This document shows, one piece after another, positions 38,861 to 48,486 of a DNA stretch of 64,000 nucleotides. Under the pieces are notes generated by a model. That model was not told the DNA's origin. It saw only the letters and a list, made by a program, of their open reading frames with translations, and did not search any database. The number at the start of each line of letters is the position of its first letter. Positions within the stretch are counted from its first letter, which is position 1. The stretch is from contig DCYT01000001.1 in assembly GCA_002331145.1 (NCBI GenBank), positions 154,002 to 218,001 of the forward strand. Direction: 5' to 3'. This stretch comes from Candidatus Minusculum obligatum. Lineage in GTDB: Bacteria; Patescibacteriota; Minisyncoccia; Phycocordibacterales; Phycocordibacteraceae. The translations under genes and the position numbers were made by a program.

Positions 38861-39067
38861 ATGGCGAAGCCCCCTCCAAAGCCCCCACATATCGAGGTTC
38901 TGCGGACACTCCTGCCGGCCGGCTTGGCAAAGGCCGAGATCGAAGCGGAAGAAGCGCGGTTTTGGACCTATCTACGTCTCTACCGCGCAGCTGCAAAACG
39001 CGCTGTCGAAGGCGAGCAAGATTCGACTCTTTGCCATTCCGATTCTATGCTAGGAGACATTAAGTAA
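38861..39067 (+). CDS. Small hypothetical protein directly upstream of the integrase
   Basis: AGGGGG upstream of ATG; ends 6 nt before the LSR start. Confidence 0.5.
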   Translation: MAKPPPKPPHIEVLRTLLPAGLAKAEIEAEEARFWTYLRLYRAAAKRAVEGEQDSTLCHSDSMLGDIK

Positions 39068-39073
39068 CTGTTT

Positions 39074-40609
39074 ATGAATGAATATTTTGCCTACACGCGA
39101 GTGTCGACCGCCAAACAAGGCCAAAAGGGCGTGTCGCTGCAGGAACAGCGCGACGCCATTGAGCGATACGCTCAGCGCAAGCAGATCGTGATTTCCCAGT
39201 GGTTTGAGGAACGACAGACCGCTGCCAAGACCGGACGGCCTGTGTTCAATGATATGGTTCGACGCTTGCGAAAGCGCAAAGCGGTCGGTGTCATCCTTCA
39301 CAAAGTCGACCGAGCGACCCGTAACTTTCGGGACTGGGCTGATCTGGGCGAGCTTGGTGAACTCAATATCGAGATACATTTCGCCATGGATGAGTTGGAC
39401 CTCAACTCTCGCAGCGGTCAACTCATGGCGGACATCCAAGTCGTGATGGCGGCCGACAATATTCGCAACCTTCGAGAAGAAACGAAAAAGGGTATCTATG
39501 GCCGCTTCAAGCAGGGTCTTTATCCGCTGCCAGCCCCAATGGGCTATCGCAACAACGGCCCCGGCAACCCTAAAACAATCGACCCCAAGCTCGGTCCGCT
39601 CATCGCAGAGGCGTTCGACCTCTATGCCACCGGCGAGTACTCATTTGCACCCCTCCGCGCGCATCTCGCAAAGCGAGGCCTCACCACCAGCAAGGGCAAG
39701 CCGATCTCTAAGGGCATGATGGGGCGCATCCTCAACAATCCCTTCTACATGGGGCTGATTAAGGTCAGGCGAACAGGCGAGACCTTCCAGGGCGTACACG
39801 ATCCATTGATATCGCCGACAACGTTCAAACGGGTTCAAACCCGTCTGGCCGGAAAAACCGTCAATCGCGTTTGTCGGCATAGCTTTTTGTACAAGCGGCT
39901 TTTGCAATGCGGAAAGTGCCAATCCTTCTTGATCGGGGAGGTGCAGAAGGGCCGCACCTATTATCGCTGTCGTAGCGAGGGCTGCTCCGGTGCATGCATC
40001 AATGAGGTGCTCGTCACCCGTCAGGTCGAGGCCACACTGTCCAAGCTAAGGCTCTCGGAAGCGGAGGCAAAAAAGCTGGCTGATGCATTTGAAGCCATCG
40101 AACAGGAAGAAGGCTCTGAACTCGCCGACGAGCGCCAACGCATTGTCGCGCGCCACGCGCACTTGGAACAGCGCCTCGATCGGCTGGACGAATTGGTCTT
40201 GGACGAAACCATGACCCGTGAAAGCTACCGCCGCCAGCATGAGCGCATCATTTGTGAGCAAAATGAGCTCAAGCAAGACATGGCGAAACTAGGCGCTTCA
40301 GGGGCCGCGAAACGTGAACGGTTCGAAAAATTCTTCGAACTCGTGCAAAGCCCGTCATTGAGCCATTTTTCTCAAGATCGGGCTGAAATGCGCGAAATCC
40401 TGAAAACGACTACTTCGAACTTTTGGGTGGACGGAAAAAACGTCTCTGTTGAGCTGTTTTTGAGCTATCAAGCGCTCGAAAAACGCCACTCCGTCCCTAC
40501 TGGCTACCCGACAGGGATTCGAACCCCAATTTCTTGGACCAAAACCAAGCGTCCTACCATTAGACGATCGGGTAATTACTTACCTCTTAGGCATCATCTT
40601 GCCCAATAA
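39074..40609 (+). CDS. Large serine recombinase (integrase of the island); C-terminal tail read from the antisense strand of tRNA-Gln
   Basis: YTRVSTAKQ, HKVDRATRN, APMGY, NPFYMG, CGKC...CRSEGC zinc ribbon, coiled coil. Confidence 0.92.
   Translation: MNEYFAYTRVSTAKQGQKGVSLQEQRDAIERYAQRKQIVISQWFEERQTAAKTGRPVFNDMVRRLRKRKAVGVILHKVDRATRNFRDWADLGELGELNIEIHFAMDELDLNSRSGQLMADIQVVMAADNIRNLREETKKGIYGRFKQGLYPLPAPMGYRNNGPGNPKTIDPKLGPLIAEAFDLYATGEYSFAPLRAHLAKRGLTTSKGKPISKGMMGRILNNPFYMGLIKVRRTGETFQGVHDPLISPTTFKRVQTRLAGKTVNRVCRHSFLYKRLLQCGKCQSFLIGEVQKGRTYYRCRSEGCSGACINEVLVTRQVEATLSKLRLSEAEAKKLADAFEAIEQEEGSELADERQRIVARHAHLEQRLDRLDELVLDETMTRESYRRQHERIICEQNELKQDMAKLGASGAAKRERFEKFFELVQSPSLSHFSQDRAEMREILKTTTSNFWVDGKNVSVELFLSYQALEKRHSVPTGYPTGIRTPISWTKTKRPTIRRSGNYLPLRHHLAQ
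40501..40574 (-). tRNA. tRNA-Gln(UUG), CCA encoded; island attachment site
   Basis: TACCCGA/TCGGGTA acceptor, CTTGG-TTTTGGT-CCAAG anticodon arm, GGTTCGAATCC T arm, G-CCA end. Confidence 0.92.
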
Positions 40610-41612
40610 GTTTGATTACTGCAAGTTCTAGAGGAAGAGAAGGAATTGGAGCAAAGCGCATTTCCTTACTTGCCTCAAGATGAGCTATAAGAGCTGCAGG
40701 AGATATTGCACCTGTAAGCTCTTTCATTTGAGCAACTTCATCCTCTCCATACTGGGCTATAAAGTCCTTTTCCATACTTGCCACGCTCTTTAGAAGCAAC
40801 ACTGCTCGAAGATAATCAAGCACAAGTGTAAGGAAGGTGCGCATATCAACTCCAGACTCTTCAGCTGAAGCTATAGAAGAAAGCGCTTTCTCTTTCTCCC
40901 CTTTTAGTGTTCCTTCTACATAGTCACTTATAAGCTTTCTCTTTGGAGCTCCAGTTACTTCCTCTACCTCATCTACTGATACTTTCTTATCTTTAGATGA
41001 AGCATGAATCTTCTGCAAGATTGAAAGCGCATCTCTAAATGATCCATCTGCAAGAAGTGCTATAAGTTCTGCAGCTGATGTCTCAAGTTCAAACTCTTCT
41101 TTCTTCGAAACTTTACTTACAACACTTGTAAGTACTTTTCGTGAAGGCTTTTTAAAGGTAAAAGTCTGGCAACGAGAAACAATAGTCTCTGGAAGTTTAT
41201 CTGTCTCTGTTGTAGCAAGAATGAATACAACATGCTTTGGCGGCTCTTCTAAAGTTTTAAGAAATGCGTTGAAGGCACTCTTTGAAAGCATGTGTACCTC
41301 ATCGATAATGTAGACCTTGTATGGAGAATCAAATGGAAGTGTATATACATTCTCTGAAAGCTCTCGAATATTATCTACTCCTGTGTGAGATGCAGCATCA
41401 ATCTCATAGAGATCATTTTCAGTACATCCAATAGCTTTTGCAAAGATACGAGCAATAGTTGTCTTTCCAAGACCTCGAGAACCCGCAAAGAGATATGCGT
41501 GCCCTATGTTTTCTTGTTCAATAGCACCTTCTAGAACTTTTGTTATGTGATCTTGTCCTACTACCTCTGAGAATTTTTTCGGACGATACTTTCGATAGAG
41601 CGCTTCTGCCAT
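40587..41612 (-). CDS. dnaX: DNA polymerase III subunit gamma/tau (short form)
   Basis: LYRKYRP, GSRGLGKT, EIDAAS, IIDEVHML, SRC. Confidence 0.95.
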   Translation of the reverse strand: MAEALYRKYRPKKFSEVVGQDHITKVLEGAIEQENIGHAYLFAGSRGLGKTTIARIFAKAIGCTENDLYEIDAASHTGVDNIRELSENVYTLPFDSPYKVYIIDEVHMLSKSAFNAFLKTLEEPPKHVVFILATTETDKLPETIVSRCQTFTFKKPSRKVLTSVVSKVSKKEEFELETSAAELIALLADGSFRDALSILQKIHASSKDKKVSVDEVEEVTGAPKRKLISDYVEGTLKGEKEKALSSIASAEESGVDMRTFLTLVLDYLRAVLLLKSVASMEKDFIAQYGEDEVAQMKELTGAISPAALIAHLEASKEMRFAPIPSLPLELAVIKLIGQDDA

Positions 41613-41679
41613 ATGGGACGAGTATACCATTAAAGAAAAAGCGCCGCCTGGGTATAAAACCCGGCGACGCTGAAATTGA

Positions 41680-41913
41680 TCAAAATGCTGAACGCACATA
41701 CCTGCGTTCGCAAATACGAGCCGCGAACCGCTTCACAAGACCATTTTCGGTATTGTCTTTACGGCCTTCTTCACGAAGCCCGTCTGCAATAGCACGAACC
41801 TGCCTTTTCTGAACAACGCTGGAATCAGCACAGTTGCCCCAAAGAACTTCCCATTCATACTTTGCAAGAGCTTTGGCGCGGCTGATGATTGCTCTCATTT
41901 GAGCAAAGGTCAT
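41680..41913 (-). CDS. Small hypothetical protein
   Basis: Strong GAGGAGGT RBS before ATG; fills the intergenic gap. Confidence 0.55.
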   Translation of the reverse strand: MTFAQMRAIISRAKALAKYEWEVLWGNCADSSVVQKRQVRAIADGLREEGRKDNTENGLVKRFAARICERRYVRSAF

Positions 41914-41949
41914 AACCACCTCCTCTAACTACCATAAATAAAAGTACAA

Positions 41950-42912
41950 TTAAATTATTTTCTCGTCAATGAGAATCTTTTCTACCTCCTCCCTACTCTT
42001 TGTTTCAAATAATTTAGCTCTTAGCTCTGCAGCACCATCAAATCCATTTGCATACGCCTTATAATGCTTTCTCATTATTGAAAAATTCTTTTGTGGAAGC
42101 AGCTCTTCATACAACTTTGTATGCTCAAACATTACTTTCAGCTTCTCGTCTTTTGAAACTTCCTTTCCACTGAAAAACCATGGGTTTCCAAAAATTCCAC
42201 GACCAACCATAACGCCATCACACCCCGTCTCTTCTATCTTCTTATTTCCATCTTCAATACTCTCCACATCCCCATTCCCAAGAATAAGAGTGTCTGGAGC
42301 AAGCTCATCTCGAAGCGCAACAATACGCGGCATAAGCTCCCAATGCGCTGCCACCTTACTCATTTCTTTTCGAGTACGTAGATGCACAGTTAAACAAACT
42401 AGATCCTGAGAGAGAAGCTCTGGAATCCAAGCATCAATTTCTTCTTTGTTATACCCAATACGAGTTTTAACAGACACGGGAAGTCCTGACTTCTTTGCAG
42501 CCTGGATTACCTTCTTTGCAGTCTCCGGATCTTTCATATGTGCTGCTCCTGCTCCTTGCTTCTCAATAGATCTGTCAGGACACCCCATATTGATATCAAT
42601 CCCATCAAACCCAAGCTTCGCGCAAAGCTTTGCCGCATACTCCATATTCTCTGGATTACTTGAAAAAAGCTGAGCAACAATTGGAGACTCTTCTTTAGTA
42701 AACAAAAGAGATTGCATAAGGGGATTTTCCTCATCCTTCATGCCTACCTTCTCTCGCGTAGCATAGAGTCCGTCTGCTGCGACAAACTCAGTCCACATAA
42801 CATCAGGCTTTCCATACTTTGCAATTACAGACCGAAAAGCCACGTCCGTGACATCTGCCATCGGCGCTAATACAAAAAGTGGCTTCTTCAGTGTCTGCCA
42901 AAAGTTATTCAT
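41950..42912 (-). CDS. dus: tRNA-dihydrouridine synthase
   Basis: LAPMADVTD, DINMGCP, PVSVKTRIG, GNGDV, DGVMVGRG. Confidence 0.93.
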   Translation of the reverse strand: MNNFWQTLKKPLFVLAPMADVTDVAFRSVIAKYGKPDVMWTEFVAADGLYATREKVGMKDEENPLMQSLLFTKEESPIVAQLFSSNPENMEYAAKLCAKLGFDGIDINMGCPDRSIEKQGAGAAHMKDPETAKKVIQAAKKSGLPVSVKTRIGYNKEEIDAWIPELLSQDLVCLTVHLRTRKEMSKVAAHWELMPRIVALRDELAPDTLILGNGDVESIEDGNKKIEETGCDGVMVGRGIFGNPWFFSGKEVSKDEKLKVMFEHTKLYEELLPQKNFSIMRKHYKAYANGFDGAAELRAKLFETKSREEVEKILIDEKII

Positions 42913-43678
42913 TACGCTTAATGTATACCCGCTTCCCAAAGCGCATGTCAATATATAGAACCTCTTCTAGATTTTCTATTCCCTCAAGAACTGATGGAAA
43001 GGCCTCTGCAATTTGAGCTTCTTCTCCAAGCACATACTCAAGCCTTGGACCTGACACAAGTTCTAATACCACCTCATCTGGATTACGAAATGAAATACTT
43101 TTTGTTTCTTGCCCTAATGTCTCGAGTGCTTTTCTAAGAGAATTTACTTTAGAAACCGCACCTTCTTCAAAAATTGTATTTCGTAAAGCTGGCCCATCAT
43201 CTGCAAGTAACCCATATATAGGAATGAGCTCTTGATCTGCTTGCGCAAATATAAACCCTTCATTGTCTGCTGCCATACACGGTGTACTTGTAGCTTCTGT
43301 GCACCATGCAAACTTTGCTACCCGCTCTGCAATTGATACATCGATACTTGTAAAACTAGTTTGTGCCACTGATGCAGAATGTATCCGCGGAAATGCGTCT
43401 TTAAGAGTTTTTTCTATTTCCTCTTCTGAGACTAAGAAAATACTGTCTTTGGGAAAAATATAAAAACGTGCACCCGAGAGCACTTCTTCTACCTTTTCTC
43501 CAATTATGTGAGGCAAGAGAACCTGCGCTCCTGATACAGCAACAGAATCTATTCGAACTTCAGGGCGCCATACTCCATATGCTCCTCCTCCAAATAAAAT
43601 GGAGATAAGTAAAATGCCAAGAAGCGTATATAGCCTGATGATTATGGTGCGGCGCTCTTTAAGACGACGCTTTCCCAT
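42905..43678 (-). CDS. FtsQ/DivIB-like cell division protein
   Basis: Basic N-terminus, TM, POTRA-like region, C-terminal YIDMRFGKRVY. Confidence 0.78.
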   Translation of the reverse strand: MGKRRLKERRTIIIRLYTLLGILLISILFGGGAYGVWRPEVRIDSVAVSGAQVLLPHIIGEKVEEVLSGARFYIFPKDSIFLVSEEEIEKTLKDAFPRIHSASVAQTSFTSIDVSIAERVAKFAWCTEATSTPCMAADNEGFIFAQADQELIPIYGLLADDGPALRNTIFEEGAVSKVNSLRKALETLGQETKSISFRNPDEVVLELVSGPRLEYVLGEEAQIAEAFPSVLEGIENLEEVLYIDMRFGKRVYIKRNE

Positions 43679-43679
43679 A

Positions 43680-44939
43680 TTATTTAATTACTTCCTTGCC
43701 CATGTACGGCACAAGCACTTCAGGAACCGTAATGCTTCCATCTTCGTTCTGGTAGTTCTCAATAAGAGGAACTAGAAGTCGTGGCGTTGCCATAAATGTA
43801 TTGTTCAGAGAGTGAGCAAAACGAACCTCTCCATCTTCATCTCGATACCTGATACCTAGACGACGTGTTTGGAAATCATGGAAGTATGAAGACGAGTGAG
43901 TCTCCCTATACTTCTCTTCAGTTGGCACCCATGCCTCAAGATCGTATTTCTTCACCTGCCCTAATCCTAGGTCTCCTCCACAATTAACTACCGCATGGTA
44001 TGGAAGCTTAAGAGCCTGCAGCATCTCCTCTGCATTTGCTGTAAGTTCTTCGTGATATTTTACACTCGCCTCGTGTGACGCTTCACACAAAAGCACCTGT
44101 TCAAACTTAAAGAACTCATGCACTCGAACAAGTCCCTTTGTGTCCTTTCCGTGAGATCCTGCCTCTCGCCTAAAACAGGGAGAGAAAGAGAAGTACTTCA
44201 TCGGAAATTCTTTCTTATCAAGAATTTCATTCATGTGGAGCCCCATGGTTGCAACCTCTCCAGTACCAGCTAAGTACTCTCCGTCTTGTGTCTTGTATAG
44301 ATCCTCTTCAGATTGTGGAAGATATCCTGTTCCAAAGAACGGCTCCCCTCGAACAAGTGATGGCACTACCATTGGCACAAAATCTTTCTTAGAGAAGAAG
44401 TCCATTGCAAATTGCCATAGAGCAAAGTTAAGTCGTGCTCCATCTCCTTTGAGGAAGTATCCTCGGAATCCTGAAACTTTTGCGCCACGCTCAAGATCAA
44501 CCATGTCGAGGTTTTCCATAAGCTCTATATGACTTTTTGGAGTAAATGAAAATGTTGGTTTTTCTCCCCAGACTCTAATCTCTTCATTATCAGAATCTTC
44601 CTTTCCTTCAGGAACTGACATGTCAGGCACATTAGGAACCTCGACCATAAGATTCCGCCACTTCTGGATAACTTCTTTTAGCTTTTCCTCGTCATTCTTC
44701 AATTTGTCTTTAAGAAGTTTTGATTCTGCGATTTTTACCTCTCGCTCACCTCCCTCAAGCTTTGGAATCTCTTCACTAATCTTATTTTGCTCAGCGCGTC
44801 TATCATCAACCTTCTGCTGAAGCTCTCTCCTCTCATCATCTACTTTTAATAGAGCATCGATATCTACATCGATGTGTTTCTTTTTGGCACCAGCTTTCAC
44901 AATATCGCTGTGCTCTTTAATGAAATTTATATCCAACAT
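43680..44939 (-). CDS. serS: Serine--tRNA ligase
   Basis: MLDINFI, CFRREAGSHG, RVHEFFKFEQ, HSLNNT, ENYQ. Confidence 0.97.
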   Translation of the reverse strand: MLDINFIKEHSDIVKAGAKKKHIDVDIDALLKVDDERRELQQKVDDRRAEQNKISEEIPKLEGGEREVKIAESKLLKDKLKNDEEKLKEVIQKWRNLMVEVPNVPDMSVPEGKEDSDNEEIRVWGEKPTFSFTPKSHIELMENLDMVDLERGAKVSGFRGYFLKGDGARLNFALWQFAMDFFSKKDFVPMVVPSLVRGEPFFGTGYLPQSEEDLYKTQDGEYLAGTGEVATMGLHMNEILDKKEFPMKYFSFSPCFRREAGSHGKDTKGLVRVHEFFKFEQVLLCEASHEASVKYHEELTANAEEMLQALKLPYHAVVNCGGDLGLGQVKKYDLEAWVPTEEKYRETHSSSYFHDFQTRRLGIRYRDEDGEVRFAHSLNNTFMATPRLLVPLIENYQNEDGSITVPEVLVPYMGKEVIK

Positions 44940-44967
44940 AATCTGCTACAGTAAATACTACTGTACT

Positions 44968-45834
44968 ATGCCAGAGGATGTGTACCAAGTCTCTAAAGAA
45001 TCTTTTCCTGGGACACTCAGGCATATCGCCGACCCTCCTAAAACACTCTATGTGCGAGGGAAACTTCCTCCCAAAGACCACAAGTTACTTTGCATCGTTG
45101 GCTCTCGGGCACTAAGTGACTATGGAAGACGTGTACTTACTCACTTTTTTAAAACACTCCAGGGCCATCCTATATCTATAGTCTCAGGATTAGCCCTTGG
45201 TACTGATGGATTAGCTCACAAACTAGCCTTACAGCACGGCCTCCATACTATTGCGGTGCCAGGCTCTGGAATAAGTGACAAGGCACTCTATCCAAAAACA
45301 CATGCATACCTTGCTCAAAATATACTAGAGTCAGGTGGCGCACTCCTTTCTGAATTCCCTCCTGAGTTTAGAGCGCAGATGTGGTCCTTTGCTAAGAGAA
45401 ATAGAATTATGGCAGGAATGAGTGATGCTGTTTTTATGCTTGAAGCTGGAGAGAAAAGCGGGACACTCATAACAGCAAAAATGAGTGCTGAGTACAATAA
45501 GGAACTTTGTACTATTCCTCACCCACTCTTTAGTGAGCACGGGAAAGGCCCACATCAATTCTTGCGACTTGGCGCGACTATTGTTACAGAAGCCGAACAC
45601 CTTCTAGAGATACTTGGCCTTGATATAGAGCAGCAAGATCTCTCTGTATCACTGCGACCTCTTGAGAGAAAAGTTCTTGATTTACTTGATACCCCACAAA
45701 CACTTGAGCAACTTATTCTTCTTTTAAGTCTTCCTCGAGAAGATATTTTATCTTTACTATCAGGTCTTGAACTTAAAGGAATTATAAGCTCAGAAGGTGG
45801 CGCATACGTATCTATACGCAATAGAAAGACTTGA
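44968..45834 (+). CDS. dprA: DNA-processing protein DprA
   Basis: PPKTLYVRG, IVGSR, IVSGLALGTD, RNRIMAG, SGTLITA. Confidence 0.94.
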   Translation: MPEDVYQVSKESFPGTLRHIADPPKTLYVRGKLPPKDHKLLCIVGSRALSDYGRRVLTHFFKTLQGHPISIVSGLALGTDGLAHKLALQHGLHTIAVPGSGISDKALYPKTHAYLAQNILESGGALLSEFPPEFRAQMWSFAKRNRIMAGMSDAVFMLEAGEKSGTLITAKMSAEYNKELCTIPHPLFSEHGKGPHQFLRLGATIVTEAEHLLEILGLDIEQQDLSVSLRPLERKVLDLLDTPQTLEQLILLLSLPREDILSLLSGLELKGIISSEGGAYVSIRNRKT

Positions 45835-45866
45835 CCTTACATATATAAGTGCGGTATGCAGTGTGC

Positions 45867-48029
45867 ATGAGCAAACTAGTAATTGTAGAGTCGCCTGCAA
45901 AGGCAAAGACAATTCAAAAGTATCTGGGAGATGATTTTGTAGTCCTTCCATCGGTTGGACACGTGCGAGATCTTCCCAAGAGTAACAAGGATGCCGTAGA
46001 CATTGAGGCAGGCTTTGTTCCTCGATATGTAAACTCTCCAAAAAAAGAAGAGGTTATTGCTGATATTAAAAAAGCAGCAAAGAAAGCAGACGAAATTTAT
46101 CTTGCTCCCGATCCCGACCGAGAAGGAGAAGCTATTGCTTGGCACGTAAAAGAAGCAGCTGAAATTAAAAAGGCAAAGCGAGTTGTGTTCCACGAGATTA
46201 CAAAAGACGCTGTGCTTGAAGCAATGAAGCATCCTCGTGCTATTGATGAGAACCTATTACGAGCTCAAGAAGCTCGGCGTGTTCTTGATCGACTTGTAGG
46301 ATATGACCTCTCTGGTCTTATCTGGAAGAAGGTTCGATACGGACTCTCAGCAGGACGAGTACAGTCCCCTGCACTTCGTATCCTTATGGAGCGAGAGCGA
46401 GAGATCCGAGCATTTATTCCTGAGACATATTTTGTACTAGAAGCACTCTTTAAATCAGCTGCAGGAAAATTTGAAGCAACTGGAACCGAAGAGCCCAAAG
46501 AAGCAAAGGAAGCAGATAGAATTCTAAAAGAAGCTAAAGAGGGTTCTTGGAGTGTAGAGAGTGTTACTGAGACAAAACAAAATAGGCAGCCAAAGCCACC
46601 CTTTACTACCTCTACTATTCAGCAGGTAGCTTCAACTCGTCTTGGCTTCTCTCCGAGCAGAACTATGCGCGCAGCACAGAAGCTGTATGAAGCGGGACGT
46701 ATTACCTACATGCGAACAGACAGCACAACTCTTTCAAAGGAAGCAATTGGGCAAATCTCTACTGCAATTGAAAAAGAATACGGAAAAGAAAATCTTGAGG
46801 TAAAGGCATTTAAAACAACTTCAAAAAATGCTCAAGAAGCTCACGAAGCCATTCGTCCAACAGACGCACTCCGCGCCACAGCTGGAAGGACTGATGATGA
46901 AAAGCGGCTGTACCAACTTATCCGTACACGAACACTAGCTTCTCAAATGATCCCAGCTGAACTTATGCGAACAAAGATTGTGGCAGTATGTGATAAAGAT
47001 ATTCCTACATTTGCTGCAACTGGATCACGAGTACTAAATCCAGGATGGTTGGCTTGTGATACTGAAGCACGAGGAGAAGATAAAGAGCTTCCAAAGGTTG
47101 CAGATGGAGATAAGCTTGATCTGGAAGATATTACATCTACTGAAAAGCAGACTGAGCCACCAAAACGCTACACAGAGGCTGGCCTTATTAAGGAGCTTGA
47201 GAAGCGTGGCATTGGACGACCTTCAACATATGCTTCAACTATTCGAACTATTGTTGATCGAGAATATGTAGAGAAAGTTGGACGAACACTCTTCCCAACT
47301 GCCACAGGAGATGTTGTTTCTAGTTTCCTAGAAGAGCACTTCACTGACTATGTAGATGATGACTTTACTGCAGAGATGGAAGATAAGCTTGATGATATTG
47401 CTGCTGGAAAGGCAAAGTACGAAAAGACTCTCAAGGATTTCTATGGACCATTCCAAAAGGCTGTAGATTCAAAAGAAGATATTCCAAAGCTAACAACTCT
47501 TGGAGATGCTCCAGAAGAATTCAAATGTCCAAAGTGTGGAAGCAACATGCACTTTAAGCTTGGGCGTGGAGGAATCTTTATGAGTTGTGACAAGTTCCCT
47601 GATTGTGATGGTATGCGAACACAAGAAGGTGAAGAAATCGCAGAAGATAAGCCAATCGGAACTCACCCTGAATCAGGAGAAGAGATTTTTGTACTTAGTG
47701 GACGATACGGGCCATACGTACAGCTTGGTGAAAAAACAGATAAAAACAAAAAACCTCGACGAGCTTCTGTTCCAAAAGACAAAGAACCTAAAGAAGTAAC
47801 TATAGAAGATGCAGTGAAATACCTCTCACTTCCTCGAGAGCTTGGAGAGCATCCTGATACTGGAGAGATGATTAGTGCGAGCATTGGACGCTTTGGGCCA
47901 TACATTGTGCATGAGAGTGACTTTAGGTCTCTTAAGACAGACGATGTATATACGATTGAGCTTAAACGAGCTCTGGAGATTTTAGCTGAACCAAAGAAGA
48001 AAAGGGGCGCAAAGAAGAAAGATAAATAA
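45867..48029 (+). CDS. topA: DNA topoisomerase I
   Basis: LVIVESPAKAKTI, DPDREGE, SAGRVQS, ITYMRTD, GIGRPSTY, C-terminal GRYGPY repeats. Confidence 0.97.
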   Translation: MSKLVIVESPAKAKTIQKYLGDDFVVLPSVGHVRDLPKSNKDAVDIEAGFVPRYVNSPKKEEVIADIKKAAKKADEIYLAPDPDREGEAIAWHVKEAAEIKKAKRVVFHEITKDAVLEAMKHPRAIDENLLRAQEARRVLDRLVGYDLSGLIWKKVRYGLSAGRVQSPALRILMEREREIRAFIPETYFVLEALFKSAAGKFEATGTEEPKEAKEADRILKEAKEGSWSVESVTETKQNRQPKPPFTTSTIQQVASTRLGFSPSRTMRAAQKLYEAGRITYMRTDSTTLSKEAIGQISTAIEKEYGKENLEVKAFKTTSKNAQEAHEAIRPTDALRATAGRTDDEKRLYQLIRTRTLASQMIPAELMRTKIVAVCDKDIPTFAATGSRVLNPGWLACDTEARGEDKELPKVADGDKLDLEDITSTEKQTEPPKRYTEAGLIKELEKRGIGRPSTYASTIRTIVDREYVEKVGRTLFPTATGDVVSSFLEEHFTDYVDDDFTAEMEDKLDDIAAGKAKYEKTLKDFYGPFQKAVDSKEDIPKLTTLGDAPEEFKCPKCGSNMHFKLGRGGIFMSCDKFPDCDGMRTQEGEEIAEDKPIGTHPESGEEIFVLSGRYGPYVQLGEKTDKNKKPRRASVPKDKEPKEVTIEDAVKYLSLPRELGEHPDTGEMISASIGRFGPYIVHESDFRSLKTDDVYTIELKRALEILAEPKKKRGAKKKDK

Positions 48030-48079
48030 AAAAATGCCGATCCCGGAGGATCGGCTTTATTTTTGGCAGCGAATTTATG

Positions 48080-48256
48080 TTACCCGCTATGATGCATTAC
48101 CCAACAGGGTTCTCCATCACAATATGTACAATTTTCCCTTCCGGGACAGGTGCTTGGCGGAGGAATCTGATCAGAGACATCCAGAACGTGTTCGTTCGGA
48201 CCGCCATCATCTACCAACTCAAGTTTAGGAGTTGGTTTTTCTGAAGAATCTGTCAC
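48080..48256 (-). CDS. 58-aa Cys/His-rich protein absent from the ORF track
   Basis: GTG start overlapping the upstream TGA, AGGAG RBS; MTDSSEKPTPKLELVDDGGPNEHVLDVSDQIPPPSTCPGRENCTYCDGEPCWVMHHSG. Confidence 0.55.
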   Translation of the reverse strand: MTDSSEKPTPKLELVDDGGPNEHVLDVSDQIPPPSTCPGRENCTYCDGEPCWVMHHSG

Positions 48257-48441
48257 GCTACTCTCCTTTCCTTAAAATTGGGACACCTTGCCTGACTTGC
48301 AGCAATTTCTTCCTGCGGCAGAGGCTGTCCAGTTGAAGGACAATTCAGACAACAACCTCTTGCTTCTGAATCCTTAAAAACTTGAAGGCACCCAGTGCAA
48401 GCAAATTGTGACTGAGGTTTTTCCCTTTTGTTGCCACTCAT
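48253..48441 (-). CDS. 62-aa Cys-rich putative metal-binding protein
   Basis: CTGC, CCLNC, C; AAGGGG upstream of ATG. Confidence 0.55.
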   Translation of the reverse strand: MSGNKREKPQSQFACTGCLQVFKDSEARGCCLNCPSTGQPLPQEEIAASQARCPNFKERRVA

Positions 48442-48486
48442 GGTTTTCCCCTTGCCAATTTCCTGTTCGATAGTATGCTAAATAAT

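Larger units (their letters stand above)
1..40500. mobile_element. GC-rich composite integrative element/genomic island; right end at the 3' end of tRNA-Gln, left end outside the window
   Basis: Sharp compositional break at about 40500. An LSR abuts and reads into the tRNA. Contains multiple recombinases, VirD4-like ATPases, ParB and a Rep-like gene, and no housekeeping genes. Confidence 0.8.

Noticed and set aside
1..40500. Prophage interpretation of the GC-rich region
   Set aside because: No terminase, capsid, portal, tail or lysis genes are recognisable.
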